From contig CDRNVI010000151.1 in NCBI GenBank assembly GCA_977017575.1, positions 1 through 64,000 of the forward strand: a stretch of DNA of 64,000 bases, given 5' to 3'. How positions within the stretch are numbered: the first letter of the stretch is position 1; every line of letters starts with the position of its first letter. This DNA comes from Paramoeba atlantica (taxonomy: Eukaryota > Protista > Discosea). Both the position numbers and the translations under genes were made by a program. Under the pieces are notes generated by a model. It had not been told where the DNA came from, did no database searches, and saw nothing but the letters and a program-made list of their open reading frames with translations. Positions 23,604 through 36,665 of the stretch are shown here, in pieces.

Positions 23604-25689
23604 ACTTGACCAAATAAAAAAGGACTTTCAACCAAAAAAAGTGAATAACCTCCTGACTCCACACCAAACACACAGTCACTCCAACACACAGAGAACAATG
23701 GACTCAAGAATGGTCTTCAAATCCAGAATTATATTTCAAACAAAAAAAAGAAAAAAATGGAAATGAAGAGGTTGCTGAAATTGAATCAGAGGGAGGTTTA
23801 TGGTGGAATAATCTTTTGTATTATCAACTCCACAAATATCTTCCTTCTAAGAATGGTACATGTTTTAAACAAAAACTTTTGAGTGAAATCTCAAAGGCAA
23901 ACAATAGCAAAAAGCTAATAAAAAAATTCCACACTCAGTTGCATTTTGCTGCTCATTCATAAGATGGAAAGAAAACATTCAAAGAAATGTAAAAACCTCT
24001 TAGCTGAGACATATTATCTCTTGATTGGACATATTAAGTTGAGTCCTCTATGGAATAGTATGGAGATAGAGACAAGAACAGAGAACAAGAACAAAGAACA
24101 AAGAAAGAACAAGCTTGGTTCAATGTCTTTTATCAAATGCATTCCAAAAGCCAAAAAGAACAAAAGAAAGTTTACGCTCTTTCACCCACAAATGGGTCTA
24201 AAGAACAAAACCTCTTTCGTACAAAAAAGGGCAACAAATAATTTACAATTATTTACAATTGGAAAACACACACAAAACAGTTCAGTGTTTTCACTCACCA
24301 ACAAAACAACAAAGTCAACAAAACCAACTATGACAACCCAACATATTACCTCTTGGCTGGGACATATTACCTCAACACAGGTTGCCTTTTCCAGTTTCTT
24401 CCATTTTGAGGATATCTTTTTGATTTTCTAAAAAGGTGTTTCAGTTTGAAAAGAAAGGAAAAGAGAGAAAGGGAGAAAGAGGGGAGAAATTGAAAAAAAA
24501 GAAACCTCAAAAGCAGAAACTTCACAACCCCCAAGAGAGTCATAAAATAACAATTCATTCAACTAAAAACAAAAAAAAAAAAAAACCAACCAGGAAAAAA
24601 AAAAAGAAGAAAACCAAGAAGGAAACATGAATGTGAACAGAAAAAGCAAAAAAAAAATGAGGCTCTGTCACATAAAAATATTATGATTTTTTTTTTGCTG
24701 TCTTTCTTTCAAAAGAAAAAAATGAAAAGACTTGGTACCTTACTTTGGTGAGGAGCACGTTTTTTTTTGTTTTTTCTGTTCAGTTTTGTTCTTTTGGTTT
24801 TTGTTTTGTTTTTGTTTGTTTGTTCTTTTGTTTGATTGTTTTTTTTTTGGTTTCTCTTTTGTTTTGTTTTTGTTTGTGTGTTTGCTTTTGTTTGTGTGTT
24901 TGCTTTTGTTTGTTTGTTCTTTTTAATTTTTTTTTTTGCTTTCTCTTTTGTTTTGTTTTTGTTTGTGTGTTTTTCTTTTGTTTGTGTGTGTTTGCTTTTG
25001 TGTTTTTTTGTTTTATTTTTTGTTTTGTTTTTTGTTTTTGCTTTGTGTTTGAAAGGATGATTGCCAGACAGTGAATTTGAGGATTGATTGAGATGTTTTT
25101 GGGGTTGGTGCACACTTTTCAGGCAACCACTGTCTCTTTTTCTTCAAGTGCAGATGCAAACTATTGTTCTGTTAATTGTTTATTCTCTAATGAACCATAG
25201 AATCCAACTTTCTCCTCTTTGTTCTCTTCTAAACAAGATTCTATCACCTTTTCCCATTTGTTCTGCAAAAGAAAATGATGGTTATGAAGATCTCTCAAGT
25301 GACATTCATCAATTTAAAATTTTGAATTTTCTTCATCTTTATTTTTGTTTTTTTAGTCAAAATAAAAAATTTATTTTTTTTGAAATTATTTGAATTTTTT
25401 TTTAAAATAAAAAAACTCTGGGTTTTCACCCTCAGCAAAAATTCTGGGCCTAGAGTTTTACAAAAAAAAAAAAAATCACATTGATTCCTGCCTTTTAGAA
25501 ACCCTCAATAGAAGATAAAGCTTTCACTTTAGTTTTTCCCTGATTTGATTTTTGAATTTATTTCTCAGTTTTATCTTTGCACCATTTTTCTGTTTGTTAC
25601 TCTTTTGTGTGACTTTGATGATGTAACACCTATGACTCTTGTTTTGTAAATAAATTACAATTTAATTTCCATTTTCAATTTGTGTTTAT

Positions 25690-26990
25690 CAGTTCTCAGG
25701 GTACATGGGTGAATTTTATCTCATTAAAGCACATTGTTAACTTATAGATTTCACAAAGTAATTCATTTAAAGTATACTTTTTAATAGCATGGGTTTTGGG
25801 TGCAGCCTTAATAAGAATCATACAATCCTCAACAACTTCAATCTTATTTGTCATTGATCTGGCACATTGCATTCCTTTCAAGCAGCTTGTAAACTCACCA
25901 ATATTGTTGGACCCAAGAGGAATGGTTTTGAAACCATCATTTTTTTCATTTTCTTTACTGAAAACTGTAAAACCTGCACCCCCCAGATGAGGGTTTGTAT
26001 GTCCTGAACCATTATAAAACACTTGAAAACCTTTAAATTTAAAACTTTCCTTCTCTTTAGTTCTTTTTTTGGTTTGAGCCCTTGGAGGCTGAGGGAGGAT
26101 TTTGTTCTTTCTTAGGATTTTTTTAAAAATTTCAGTAGCATACTGGGGTGATTTTGATCCTTCTACACACACTGTGAGCCACAAACTCAACAGAGCAACA
26201 CTCACCACAGAGGTTTCTTGCCTGGTAAGAAACTTTGAGACAAGCCCACATACATTCTTAGTTTCTTGCCAGCTGGGTACATTCAACAAAATACATTTCC
26301 TTCCTATTGCTTGAAGAAGATCCTCAGCTACAGAACATTCCTCCAGTAGATAAATTCACAACTCCTTTTCTTGGTGGCAGAGCCAATGACTTGAGTCTTA
26401 GTTTGTGAAATGGGCTAACTTGTCTCTTGTAGGCAGCCCTCTTATTATGAATTTAAACAAATTCCTCTTGAGTTGAGGTCTAATTGCATGTGCCAAGTTG
26501 TACACCACACACTCAGCTCTTCCTTCCCCCACATACAGATCCTTGATTTCAATAAGGATCATACAAGACATATTGGAATATGCAATTCAAGTGGCCTGGC
26601 CAAAAACAACTTTGGCTAATTAGAAAACACAGAGGAAACAACAAAACAACATCAAATCAAGAAGCATCTTCAAGAGCCAAAACACTCTCACAACCTAACA
26701 TTTTCTGAATTTCTCAGTTGTTTTCCTTTGCAATTCTATTGGAATTTTTTTGTTATGAGACTTGTTTAGTGTCCCCCTACTTTGGAGATCAAACACCAAA
26801 AAGCAGTCTCTTTGATTGAGTTTGGGGTTAAAGTTATCTTTGAGATGTTTCCTCCAAATTGAGGTAGTGGATGTTAATAATTTTTGTTCAGTAGTTTTTG
26901 TGAGGAGTTTTGTGCAAAAAAAGCACACCTTAGGGGTTATAAATACCTTACTACTTATGGACCAAATATCCTATTGCTGTCAGGGAAATG
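25690..26990 (-). mobile_element. 5'-truncated non-LTR retrotransposon relic with zf-RVT-like and C-terminal RNase H domains
   Basis: FKFIIRGLPTRDKLAHF..DSSHWLCHQEKE..YLLEECSVA resembles zf-RVT. It is followed in frame by VFYNGSGHTNPHLGGAG..SNNIGEF..VVEDC..IKFTHVP*E, an RNase HI pattern with mutated acidic residues. Confidence 0.8.
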
Positions 26991-27050
26991 AAAAAAAGAG
27001 GATATAATAATAAAAATTTAAAAGTAAAAAAAATTAAATAGTTTAAAATA

Positions 27051-30000
27051 TTATTTTAAAAGAAGAATTGCAAGATCAATATTTGATTTTTCTTTTTCCA
27101 ATAAAATTTGAATAATTTGTTCATATCCTTTTTGAGCAGCAACAGAAAGAGGGGTTTCTCCATCCTTTCATTCACAAAAAGAAAATAAGAAAATATTATT
27201 CAAAAAAAGAAATAAAAAAATAAACCAATCTTGAAAGATTAGCATTTGCTCCTCCTTTTTCCAATAAAATTTTCACAATTTGTTCATATCCATTTTCAGC
27301 AGCAGTAAAAAGAGGAGTTGTTCCATTCTTTTAATAAAAAAAAATAGAAAATTGAATAAATAAAATAAAAATAAAATAATAATAATCACCAAATAACCTT
27401 CTCTGCAAGATCAACATTTGCTCCTTTTTCTAATAAAAGGTGAACAATTTGTTCATGTCCAATGTCAGTAGCAATAGAAAGAGGAGTTATTCCATCCTTA
27501 AAATAAGAGAAAAGGAGAAAAATGAAATTGAGGAAAAAAAATATATCAAAAAGAAAAAAACAAATCAACACTTTTAAAATTTAAAAACAAGAAAAAGAAC
27601 CTGATCTGGAAGATCAACATTTGCTCCATTTTTCAATAAAATTTGAACAACTTGTTCATGTCCTTCTTGAGCAGCAATAAAAAGAGGAGTTACTCCATCC
27701 TTTACATGAATAAAAAAAAATAGAAAAATGAGAAAGTGAAAAAGAAAAAGAAAAAGAAAAAGAATCAAATCAACAGAAAAACCTGATCTGGAAGATCAAC
27801 ATTTGCTCCTTTTTCCAATAAAAGGTGAACAATTTGTTTATATCCCTCTTGAGCAGCAATAAAAAGAGGAGTTACTCCATCCTTTACATGAATAAAAAAA
27901 AATAGAAAAATGAAAAAGTGAAAAAGAAAAAGAAAAAGAAAAGAAAAAAAATCAAATTAACAGAAGAACCTGATCTGCAAGATCAACACTTGGTTTTCCT
28001 TTTTCCAATAAAAGTTGAACAATTTGTTTATATCCTTTTTGAGCAGCAATAAAAAGAGGAGTTACTCCATCCTTGAAATTAAAATAATGAAAAAGGTATT
28101 TTTCAAAAAAGTTGTATCAAATAAATTTCAGATATTTTGAATGTTTAAACTCTTTCAGATTCAAAAATATTTTTCAAAAAAGAAAAAATAAAAATAAAAA
28201 AGAACCTCTCTTTGAGAATTAACATTTGGGTTTCCTTTTTCCAATAAAAGTTGAACAATTTGTTCATGCCCTTTTTCAGCAGCAATATAAAGAGGAGTTG
28301 TTCCATCCTTTACATTAAAAAAAAATAGAAAATGAAAAAAAAAAAAAAGAAAATCAACAAAAAAAAAATAAAGAAACCTCTTTTGCAAGGTTAACTTGTA
28401 TTCTCCCTTTTTCCAACAAAAGTTGAACAATTTGTTCATGTCCTCTTTCAGCAGCAATATAAAGAGGAGTCCTTCCCTCCTTTAAAAAAAAAAAAAATAG
28501 AAAAGTAAGAACATGAAAAATAGAAAAAGAAATCAATTAAAATATCATAAAAAGAACCTTCTCAGCAAGATCAACATTTGCTCCTTTTTCCAATAAAAGT
28601 TGAACAATTTGTTCATGTCCTTTTTCAGCAGCAATATAAAGAGGAGTTGTTCCATCCTTTTGATATAAAAAAAAGAAAAATGAGAAAGGAACTTTTTTTG
28701 AAGTTATGTTAAATAAATTTTCAAATATTTTGAGTGTTTGGTTTTTCAATTAGAAAAACAAAAAACCTTCTTTCAAAAATAAGAAAAAAAGAAATAGAAA
28801 AATAGGAAAAGAACCTTTCTTTGAGAATTAACATTTGCTTTTCCTTTTTCTAATAAAAGTTGAACAATTTGATGATGTCCTCTAAAAGCAGCAGTATCAA
28901 GTGGGGTTTGTCCATATCCCTTGGGAATAAAAAATAAAAAGAAGAATGGAAAATAAATAAATAGTTTTTTTTGTTTTAGAAAAAAAAGTTCAATCCAGTT
29001 TTCATCACAAAAGTGAAAAAGATAAAAAAAATCAAAGCTTTCAACAAATTCAAAATAAAAATAAGAGAGAACCTGATCAGCAAGATTAGCATTTGCTCCT
29101 CCCTTTTCCAATAAAATTTGAACAATTTGTTCATATCCTTTTTGAGCAGCAAAAAAGAGTGGAGTTGCTCCATCCTTTAAAAAAAAAAATATCATGACAA
29201 AAATATCATAACAAAATATGTCAAAATAATTTAATAATTCAACCTTTCTTTGAGAATTGGCATTTGCTCCTCTATTCAATAACATTTCAACAATTTGTGG
29301 ATTTCCACCAAGAGAAGCAACACCAAGTGGAGTTTGTCCAAATTTCTGAAAGAAAAAGAGGGAAAGAATGAAAAAGAATTTTTTTTTGTTTTGAGTTCTA
29401 TCTATTTTAAAATTACAAAATAAAGTAAAAAGAAAAAGAACTGATTCCGCAAGATGAACATTTGCTCCTCCATTCAATAAAAGTTGAACAATTTGTTCAT
29501 GGCCATTTTTAATAGCAACATAAAGGGGAGTGAATGCAAACTTTGGAGAAAAAAATTACAACCAAATGAGAAAAAGAAAGTGAGAAAAAAATATCAATTA
29601 CAACAAAGAAATATCAAATAATATTTCATCACAAGGAACAATACTCTCTTTTCAAATGTTAAGAAAAAAGAAAACCTTTCTTTGAAAATTCACATTTGGG
29701 TTTCCTTTTTCCAATAAAATTTGAACAATTTGTTCATGTCCTTCTTGAGCAGCAAAAAAAAGAGGAGTTCTTCCATCCTTTGCACAAGAAAACATAGAAA
29801 AATGAGAAACTGAAAAAAAAAAAAAAAAGAAAAAAAGAAGAAAAAGAAACAATCAACAAAATAACCTGAGTTGCAAGATCAATATTTGGATTTCCTTTTT
29901 CCAATAAAATTTGAACAATTTGTTCATGTCCATTGTGAGCAGCAATCAAAAGAGGAGTGACACCACCCTTTGGTCATAAAAAAATAGAAAATGAAAAAAT

Positions 30001-32706
30001 AAAAAAGTCTTTGAGTGTTTTTAATATGTTCATCCACAAAAAAAAACTCTTTAATAAAAAAAAAGAGGAAAAAACCAAATTTTGAGAATCAATATTTGCT
30101 CCACCTTTTTCCAATAAAAGTTGAACAATTTGTCCAGATCCTTTTTTGACAGCAACATGAAGAGGGGTTTCTCCACCCTTTTTCAAATCAAAAAGAGGAA
30201 ACGAGAAAATGAGAAAATGGAATGAAAGGAAAAACTAAACCAATCCAACAAGTCAAAAATGAACTAAAAAGAACCTCTCCTGGAAGATCAACATTTGGTT
30301 TTCCTTTTTCCAATAAAATTTGAACAATTTGTTCATGTCCTTTTTCAGCAGCAAAATAAAGAGGAGTTCTTCCATCCTTTACATTAAAAAAAATAGAAAA
30401 AATGAGAAAAGAAAAAAAAAAAAAAGTCAACAAAGCAAAAAAAAAAAAAAAGAAACCTCTTTTGCAAGGTCAACATGTATTCCTCCTTTTTCCAACAAAA
30501 GTTGAACAATTTGTTCATGTCCATTTTGAGCAGCAAAACAAAGAGGAGTACTTCCATACTTTCATTTCAAAAAATTAAAAAGGAGAAAAAGAATAAAGAA
30601 AAATAAAAAAAAATTCTTTGATTCTGATTTTGGGGAAAAAATTTTTCTTAAAAAATAAAATCTTCGATGAAAAAAAAATGGAAAAATAAAAAAATAAAAA
30701 TAAAAAATAAATAAATTTATTTCTTCAGGTTAAAAAAAAAAAAGAAAAGAAAAGAACTGTTGTTTGAGAATTGGCATCTGCTTTTCCTTTCACCAATAAA
30801 AGGTCAACAATTTGTTCATTTCCACCAACCACAGCGCGATGAAGTGGATTTTGCCCAAGCTTGAAAGAAAAAGAGAGAAAGAATGAAAAATAAATAACTG
30901 TTTTTTATTCAGTCCATTTTTCATTTTTCAAAATCAAAAATAAGAAGAACCTGATTTGCAAGATCAACATTTGCTCCTTTTTCCAATAAAAGTTGAACAA
31001 TTTGTTCATGTCCTTTTTCAGCAGCAATAAAAAGAGGAGTTCTTCCATTCTTTATTACATTAAAAAAAAAGAGAAAAATGAGAAATTGAAAAAAAAAAAA
31101 AGGAAAATCTCCTACTCACAAACCAAAGTAATTACTAAAAAGAACCTCTTCAGCAAGATCAACATTTGGTTTTCCTTTTTCCAATAAAATTTGAACAATT
31201 TGTTCACATCCTTTTTGAGCGGCAATATAAAGAGGAGTTTCTCCATCCTTTACATTAAAAAAGAGAAAAACATTCAAAAAAAAATGAAAATGGTATTTTT
31301 TTTTACAAGTCATGACAAATAAATTTCAATTTTTTTGAATGTTTGATTGTTTTTCAAGTTACAAAATATTCTCTTTCATTTCAGTTTAAAACCAAAAACA
31401 GAAAAGAAAAGAGAGAAAAAGAAAGAGAAATCATTAACAAAATAACCTGATTTGCAAGATCGACATTTGGTTTTCCTTTTTCCAGTAAAAGTTGAACAAT
31501 TTGTTCATGTCCTTTTTCAGCAGCAAGATAAAGAGGAGTTACTCCATCCTTTACATTAAAAAAAAAATCCCTACTCCCAAAATGCTGCCAACTCAACAAA
31601 TCAAAAAAATCAAAATAACAAAAAAGAATACCAAAACGCTGCCAACTCTCAACAAATCAAAAAAACAAATTAAAAATAACCTTCTTTCGAAGATCAACAT
31701 TTGGTTTTCCTTTTTCCAATAAAATTTGAACAATTTGTTCATGTCCATTTTGAGTGGCAATGTAAAGAGGAGTTGCTCCATACTTTTGATTTTAAAAAAA
31801 TAGAAAAATGAGAAAGTGAAAAAGAACCAAAGTCAAAATAGCAAGAAAAATCCAAATCAAAAAAAGAACCAAAAAAAAAGGACCTGATCTGGAAGATCAA
31901 CATTTGGTTTTCCTTTTTCCAATAAAATGTGAACAATTTGTTTCTTGTTATTCTCTGCAGCAAAGTGAAGAGGGCTTTTTCCACAAAGCTAATAATTACA
32001 TTAAAATAAAAAGATGAGAATATTTATTTTGATCAAAATATTTTGTCCAACAACAAAGAACAGAAGGAAAGAGAAAGCAAAATAATGATATTCTGTGAGT
32101 TCAAAAGAACTCAAATTCAATTCAAGAAAAACCTCTTCAATAGAATTCGCCTTTGCTCCTTCTTGCAACAACAATTCGACATTTTCTTCATTTCCATTGA
32201 ATGCAGCAAGATGGAGAGGTGTTATTCCAAACTAAAATATTATTAAAAGTTTTGTTTTTTTGGGAAAAAAGAGTCAAAATTGTGATAACTTTGATTCAAA
32301 ATTGTTGAAAAAATAGTTTTGGTGCAAACAAATAATAATGATCAATAATTAATGATTCTGATTAAAAAGAAAAAACCTTGGGGAGATTGTGTTTTTCCAT
32401 CAATTCAAAAAGTATCTCAATTCTTTTGCAACAACTATGACTCAAAGCAGTTTGAAGTAATTCCTTTCAATATAAAAATGAGTTCAAAATATTATTTGAA
32501 AGTTGAGAAAAGAAGAAAGAAGAAAGTTCTTCCCCAACCTCAAATGACTTTTTTTCTAACTCCACTCTCACTTCTTCTTCTATCCTCTTCTTTTCTTCTT
32601 CTTCTTCTTCATTTCTCAATCTCATTTCAGGTTCCTTTTTTTGTTGTTGTGGTTGTGGTTGTAGTTGTTGTTGTGGTTGTTGTGGTTGTTGCAAATCTTG
32701 ATTCAT
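27051..32706 (-). CDS. Ankyrin-repeat array protein, ~25 ankyrin exons (one repeat per exon) after Gln/Glu-rich N-terminal exons
   Basis: Repeated ~99-102-nt exons [31 protein letters not shown], flanked by ...AAAG| and |GTT..., phase 0 where checked. Start ATG inferred at 32706; TAA at 27051. Confidence 0.9.
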
Positions 32707-32996
32707 CTGAGACTTGTTGTTCAAAAAAAGAGGATGCTTAAGATTTCAAAAAGGACTGTCCCTTGAGACCCACCCACCCCAAAACAAGAAACTCTACCTT
32801 CTTCTCTTTCTCTTTCTTTCCAGTGTTCCCCTCTTTCACTTCTCTTCTCTTCTTCTCTCCTTCCTCTTTCTCTTTCTATCTTTAACAAGCTCCCCTCTTT
32901 CGCTTCACCTTTATTTATTTCGGTGTCCCTTCTTTTGGTGTCCCTTTACCTTTTGTTTTTCTGTTTTCTTTCTTTCTTTCTTTCTGGTTTGGAAGA

Positions 32997-35166
32997 ATGG
33001 TTTCAATTTTTTGTTGGTTGTTCATTGGGAGAGGTGGTTCTCGTGGTGGATGTGCTCGTTTTTTGATTGGGGGAAGTCATCAAAGTGGTTTGTTAGTTGG
33101 TTATTTGTTTTTTGTTTTGTTTTTGTTTTCGGTTTTTTGTGGGTCCGTTTCTTGTGATGATAGTTTTTGTGTTGAATATTCTCTTCAAAATGAATGTACA
33201 TCTGTTTTGGGAACTGTATCAATTGAACAAGACGAACAAGAAGACTTTTTCAATGAGAATGTTTCACTAACTATTTCTGATGTTCGAATGAGACCTGAGA
33301 AATGTCGAAAACCATTTTTATTGTATTATTGTCAGCTGATGTTTGGAGGATTTGTTTGTCAATCTTCTTCGAGAGAAGAACAACTATGTTTCGAGCAAGA
33401 GACTTGTCGTCAAGTTGCAGAAGCTTGTAGTGATGAATTTTCACTTGATTGTCTTCCTTTTTCTTTCCCAACATCAACGCCAACAACATCAACATCACAA
33501 ATCTCATTACAAATTGGTTGTCGAAAAGAAGTTGAAGAACAAATCGAACAAGCGAAAGAAAACATAATTCATGTGGAAACTTGTTTAGGTGGTTCAAAAG
33601 AACAAATTGAATGTTGTAATGATCCATTTATTTTTGATGATAATGATGAATGTGTCATCGAATGTCCTCAATATTTGATTGGAAAATCACTTGAAAAATG
33701 GATTCAACTCACTGATTTTGTTTTGAATTGGCTATTGTTGATTCTTTTGATTGCAGCCATTCCCCCTCTCTATTTTATGGCGAATATAAGGTTTTTTTTC
33801 TTTCTTTTTGAAAATCAAGAAGAAAAAAAATGAGTTAAATAATCGAGTTGTTATTGAAAGAAAATATTCAAACATGAAAAATGACAATGAAGAATAACAA
33901 AATAGTTATCCAAACAATGTTCTTCTTTTTGCATATGGGACATACTTCCTTGCTGGAATGGTTTATATGAGTGCAATTTTTGATGGTTTCTTTTTCTTAA
34001 GAGTTATTGATGATTATTTGTTGTTGAGAAAAAAATATTATTTTTTAATACAAAATATTGAAACATTTTTCACAGGAGGAGTCCCCAAATTCATTTGTGA
34101 TGGAGAGAAAAATTATTGGGATGGATTGAATCATTTTGCACATTTACCTCGGAATTTTGTTCTCTATTCTATTTGGATCTTTTTCACAAGCTTGTCTTAT
34201 AGTCATTGGACTCTTTTTGCTTTTAACTTGTTTTGCCATTCAATCAGGTTTGTCCTACTCTCTTGTCTCTTCTCTTTTTGTCTCTTTAACTCAAGAGATT
34301 TGCTCTTAGACCTTTCACATCATCCTTTGACAAATTTATTGATCAACCTACACACCCGTTAATTATCATTTTAATGGAAGGACTTTGTTTTGGGTTTTCT
34401 GGAGGGCTAGGTTTTCCTCTTTTGATTTGAGCCATTTTCTCAATTCTTTTTTTTTCATTTCTTTTATTCTCATTTCTTTTAATTCACCAAAACATTTTTT
34501 TTGGAAATAATTCATTCTCATTTATTAAAATAGGTTTAACTTGTCTCATTTATGGGCTTCAAAACAAATCCAAAATAAGCCTTTTTCCTGCTCCAATCTT
34601 TGCATTTCCAACCACTTCAAATCCTTTTTTGTCAAAAATTGTGTTGACACTTTTCTTGGCTCTTTTCTCGTGTGTTGCTGCCTTCTTTATGCTTCTTTCG
34701 ATTATTTTTTTCGTGAAACGAGGAAGACATATTTTTTATTTTCAATGGTTTGGATTTATTCAAAGAAAGTAAGTCAAATTTACATTTAGAATTTAATTTA
34801 ACAACTCCTCTCCCCCAAAAAAACAGGAGATCCATCTTTGTTGGGTGTTTTTGGTGTGTTTGGACAGCGTGGACTTTGTTCATATATTACCTTGGAACCC
34901 ATCAAACCTCTCCAACCAAAACAAAAGTATTCGAATATCCAAATTGTGTAGCATCTCACCCACGAACCAATTCCCCTCCATGTCAAAGACAACACCTCCA
35001 TTATACTTGGTTTTCCTTAACCAGCATTTTCTCAGTTTCCTTCTTTTTCATGCTTCTTTTCATCACTTTTTGGACGAATTCTTCGGTGGTTCGTTGGTGG
35101 AAAGAGTTATTCTCGGCAAGAAGAATTTTGAGATCGCCAAACCAAAAGTATGAAGTTGTTAATTGA
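32997..35166 (+). CDS. Frizzled/Smoothened-like GPCR (Cys-rich ectodomain + multiple TM helices), spliced
   Basis: CRKPFLLYYCQLMFGGFVC...C...C ectodomain; R|YPNNVLLF after TM1; FWTNSSVVRWWKELF after the last TM; GT-AG introns; TGA stop. Confidence 0.75.
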
Positions 35167-35767
35167 GCAAGAGAAGCATTTTTCATTTGATTGACCAGTT
35201 TGCGACCGGGTTGGAGAAATCTTGAGCTCTCGTTTTATCGCTGGGGCAGAAAAAATCCTTCTGTGACTTGCCGGAGTCAAAACTTGATTGGTTATGGTTA
35301 TGGATCATTTACTTTGAATTGATCTCTTGGTTTTGAACAGAACAAGAGATTGGATGAGCCATTGAAGTTATGAGCGTGCGTATCATCAAATTTCTCTCAA
35401 AATGAAATTTTCCAGAGACTGATGTTGGAAAGTAGAAAGAGATTTCAAAACTCCTTTCCTTTTACTGAAAGACAAAAAAAAAAACGTGTTCAACACTGTT
35501 TAGTAGTGAACACTAAAAAAAAACCAAAGGAGAGAGAGAAATGAAACCCTCTTGCCAGAATTCCTTTTCGTGTCTTTTTCCAAAGGTGGATGTGTCTATA
35601 TTTGGGAGTTAGCGACTCGGCAACCGGCGTTTTTTTTTTTTGCGAAGAACCTTTTTCGTGTCACTGGATTTCGTCACAACTTTCACTATTTACTTTTTCC
35701 AAACATCCTTTCTTAAGTCAAAAAAAAGACCCGAGTTCCGAGTAATTTTGAAATCTTGAGAGCGAAA

Positions 35768-36532
35768 ATGGGAAACGCGCATCCAATTCCTGACGAAGAT
35801 GATGGACCTCATTTTTCCGAAGAAGAGTTCATGGATCAAGTTCAAGTTCCACGGGACCATTTGAAGTACATCATATGTTGCTCCTCTTTGGTATGTTGTC
35901 CTTGCTATTACTGGTGCTGCATGAAACCATTTTTGCCACATTATCGAGGGCTCCCTCCTGACAGCCAACCCCTTTCCGTCGCTCAAGCAGACGAATATAT
36001 TCGAAGAATGGAAGGTTCTTTTTCAATTGCTTTTCTCGACTCAAAGACACATGATGGGAATTCAGTTCCCTCATATGAGAAAGTTGAGGTGTGTGGGAAC
36101 AAAATGATTTTCAGTGGAGGAATTCATGATGTGTATCATCACCATGGAGGTCACACTCATCGTAGTGCCGCAGCAAACGCTCCATTGGAGAAATACCTCC
36201 ACTTTTTTGAAGGAAAAGGCCAAAACAAGGTCTTTTGTGATTACTATGGTTCAAGGATCGATTTGGGGGAATCTGATTTTGTTAACCAAATTATATTTGA
36301 ACATTGTTTTGGTTATCGTTTGCGATTTACTCGAATTGGACAACGGTCTGTTGCTCAACAAACTCTTATTCAACAACCAGCTGCTCCCCCTGTGTCTCCT
36401 ATGTCAATGGGAATGTCGATGAACCCACCTGATGTTTCCTCTAGGAAGTTGATCTTCTGTCCCAACTGCGCAAACCCCAAACAATTTGCTGACTCAGGAT
36501 TTTGTGGGAAGTGTGGAACAAGTTTTTCTTGA
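35768..36532 (+). CDS. Hypothetical protein with Cys-rich cluster and C-terminal double zinc ribbon
   Basis: Intronless ORF; CCSSLVCCPCYYWCC and CPNC...FCGKCG; TGA stop. Confidence 0.75.
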   Translation: MGNAHPIPDEDDGPHFSEEEFMDQVQVPRDHLKYIICCSSLVCCPCYYWCCMKPFLPHYRGLPPDSQPLSVAQADEYIRRMEGSFSIAFLDSKTHDGNSVPSYEKVEVCGNKMIFSGGIHDVYHHHGGHTHRSAAANAPLEKYLHFFEGKGQNKVFCDYYGSRIDLGESDFVNQIIFEHCFGYRLRFTRIGQRSVAQQTLIQQPAAPPVSPMSMGMSMNPPDVSSRKLIFCPNCANPKQFADSGFCGKCGTSFS

Positions 36533-36665
36533 AGAAAAGGAGAATTGTAAATTTTTTAAAAGAAAATAAAATGAAGTGTACAAAAAGAAAAAATAATATT
36601 TTGCTTACCAAGAGGAAAAAAGTTTACAGAGGGTGTTATAAAAATCCAAAAACAAATTTTCATAT

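Noticed and set aside
23770-24070. Retroviral integrase HHCC zinc domain (LIKKFHTQLHFAAH..GKKTF)
   Set aside because: Only a weak His pattern, no CxxC, many stops; not supportable.
35167-35745. A ~190-codon frame after the GPCR with only TGA stops
   Set aside because: TAA/TAG are absent in all three plus-strand frames over ~35167-35430 and no protein motif is recognisable; likely UTR/intergenic.
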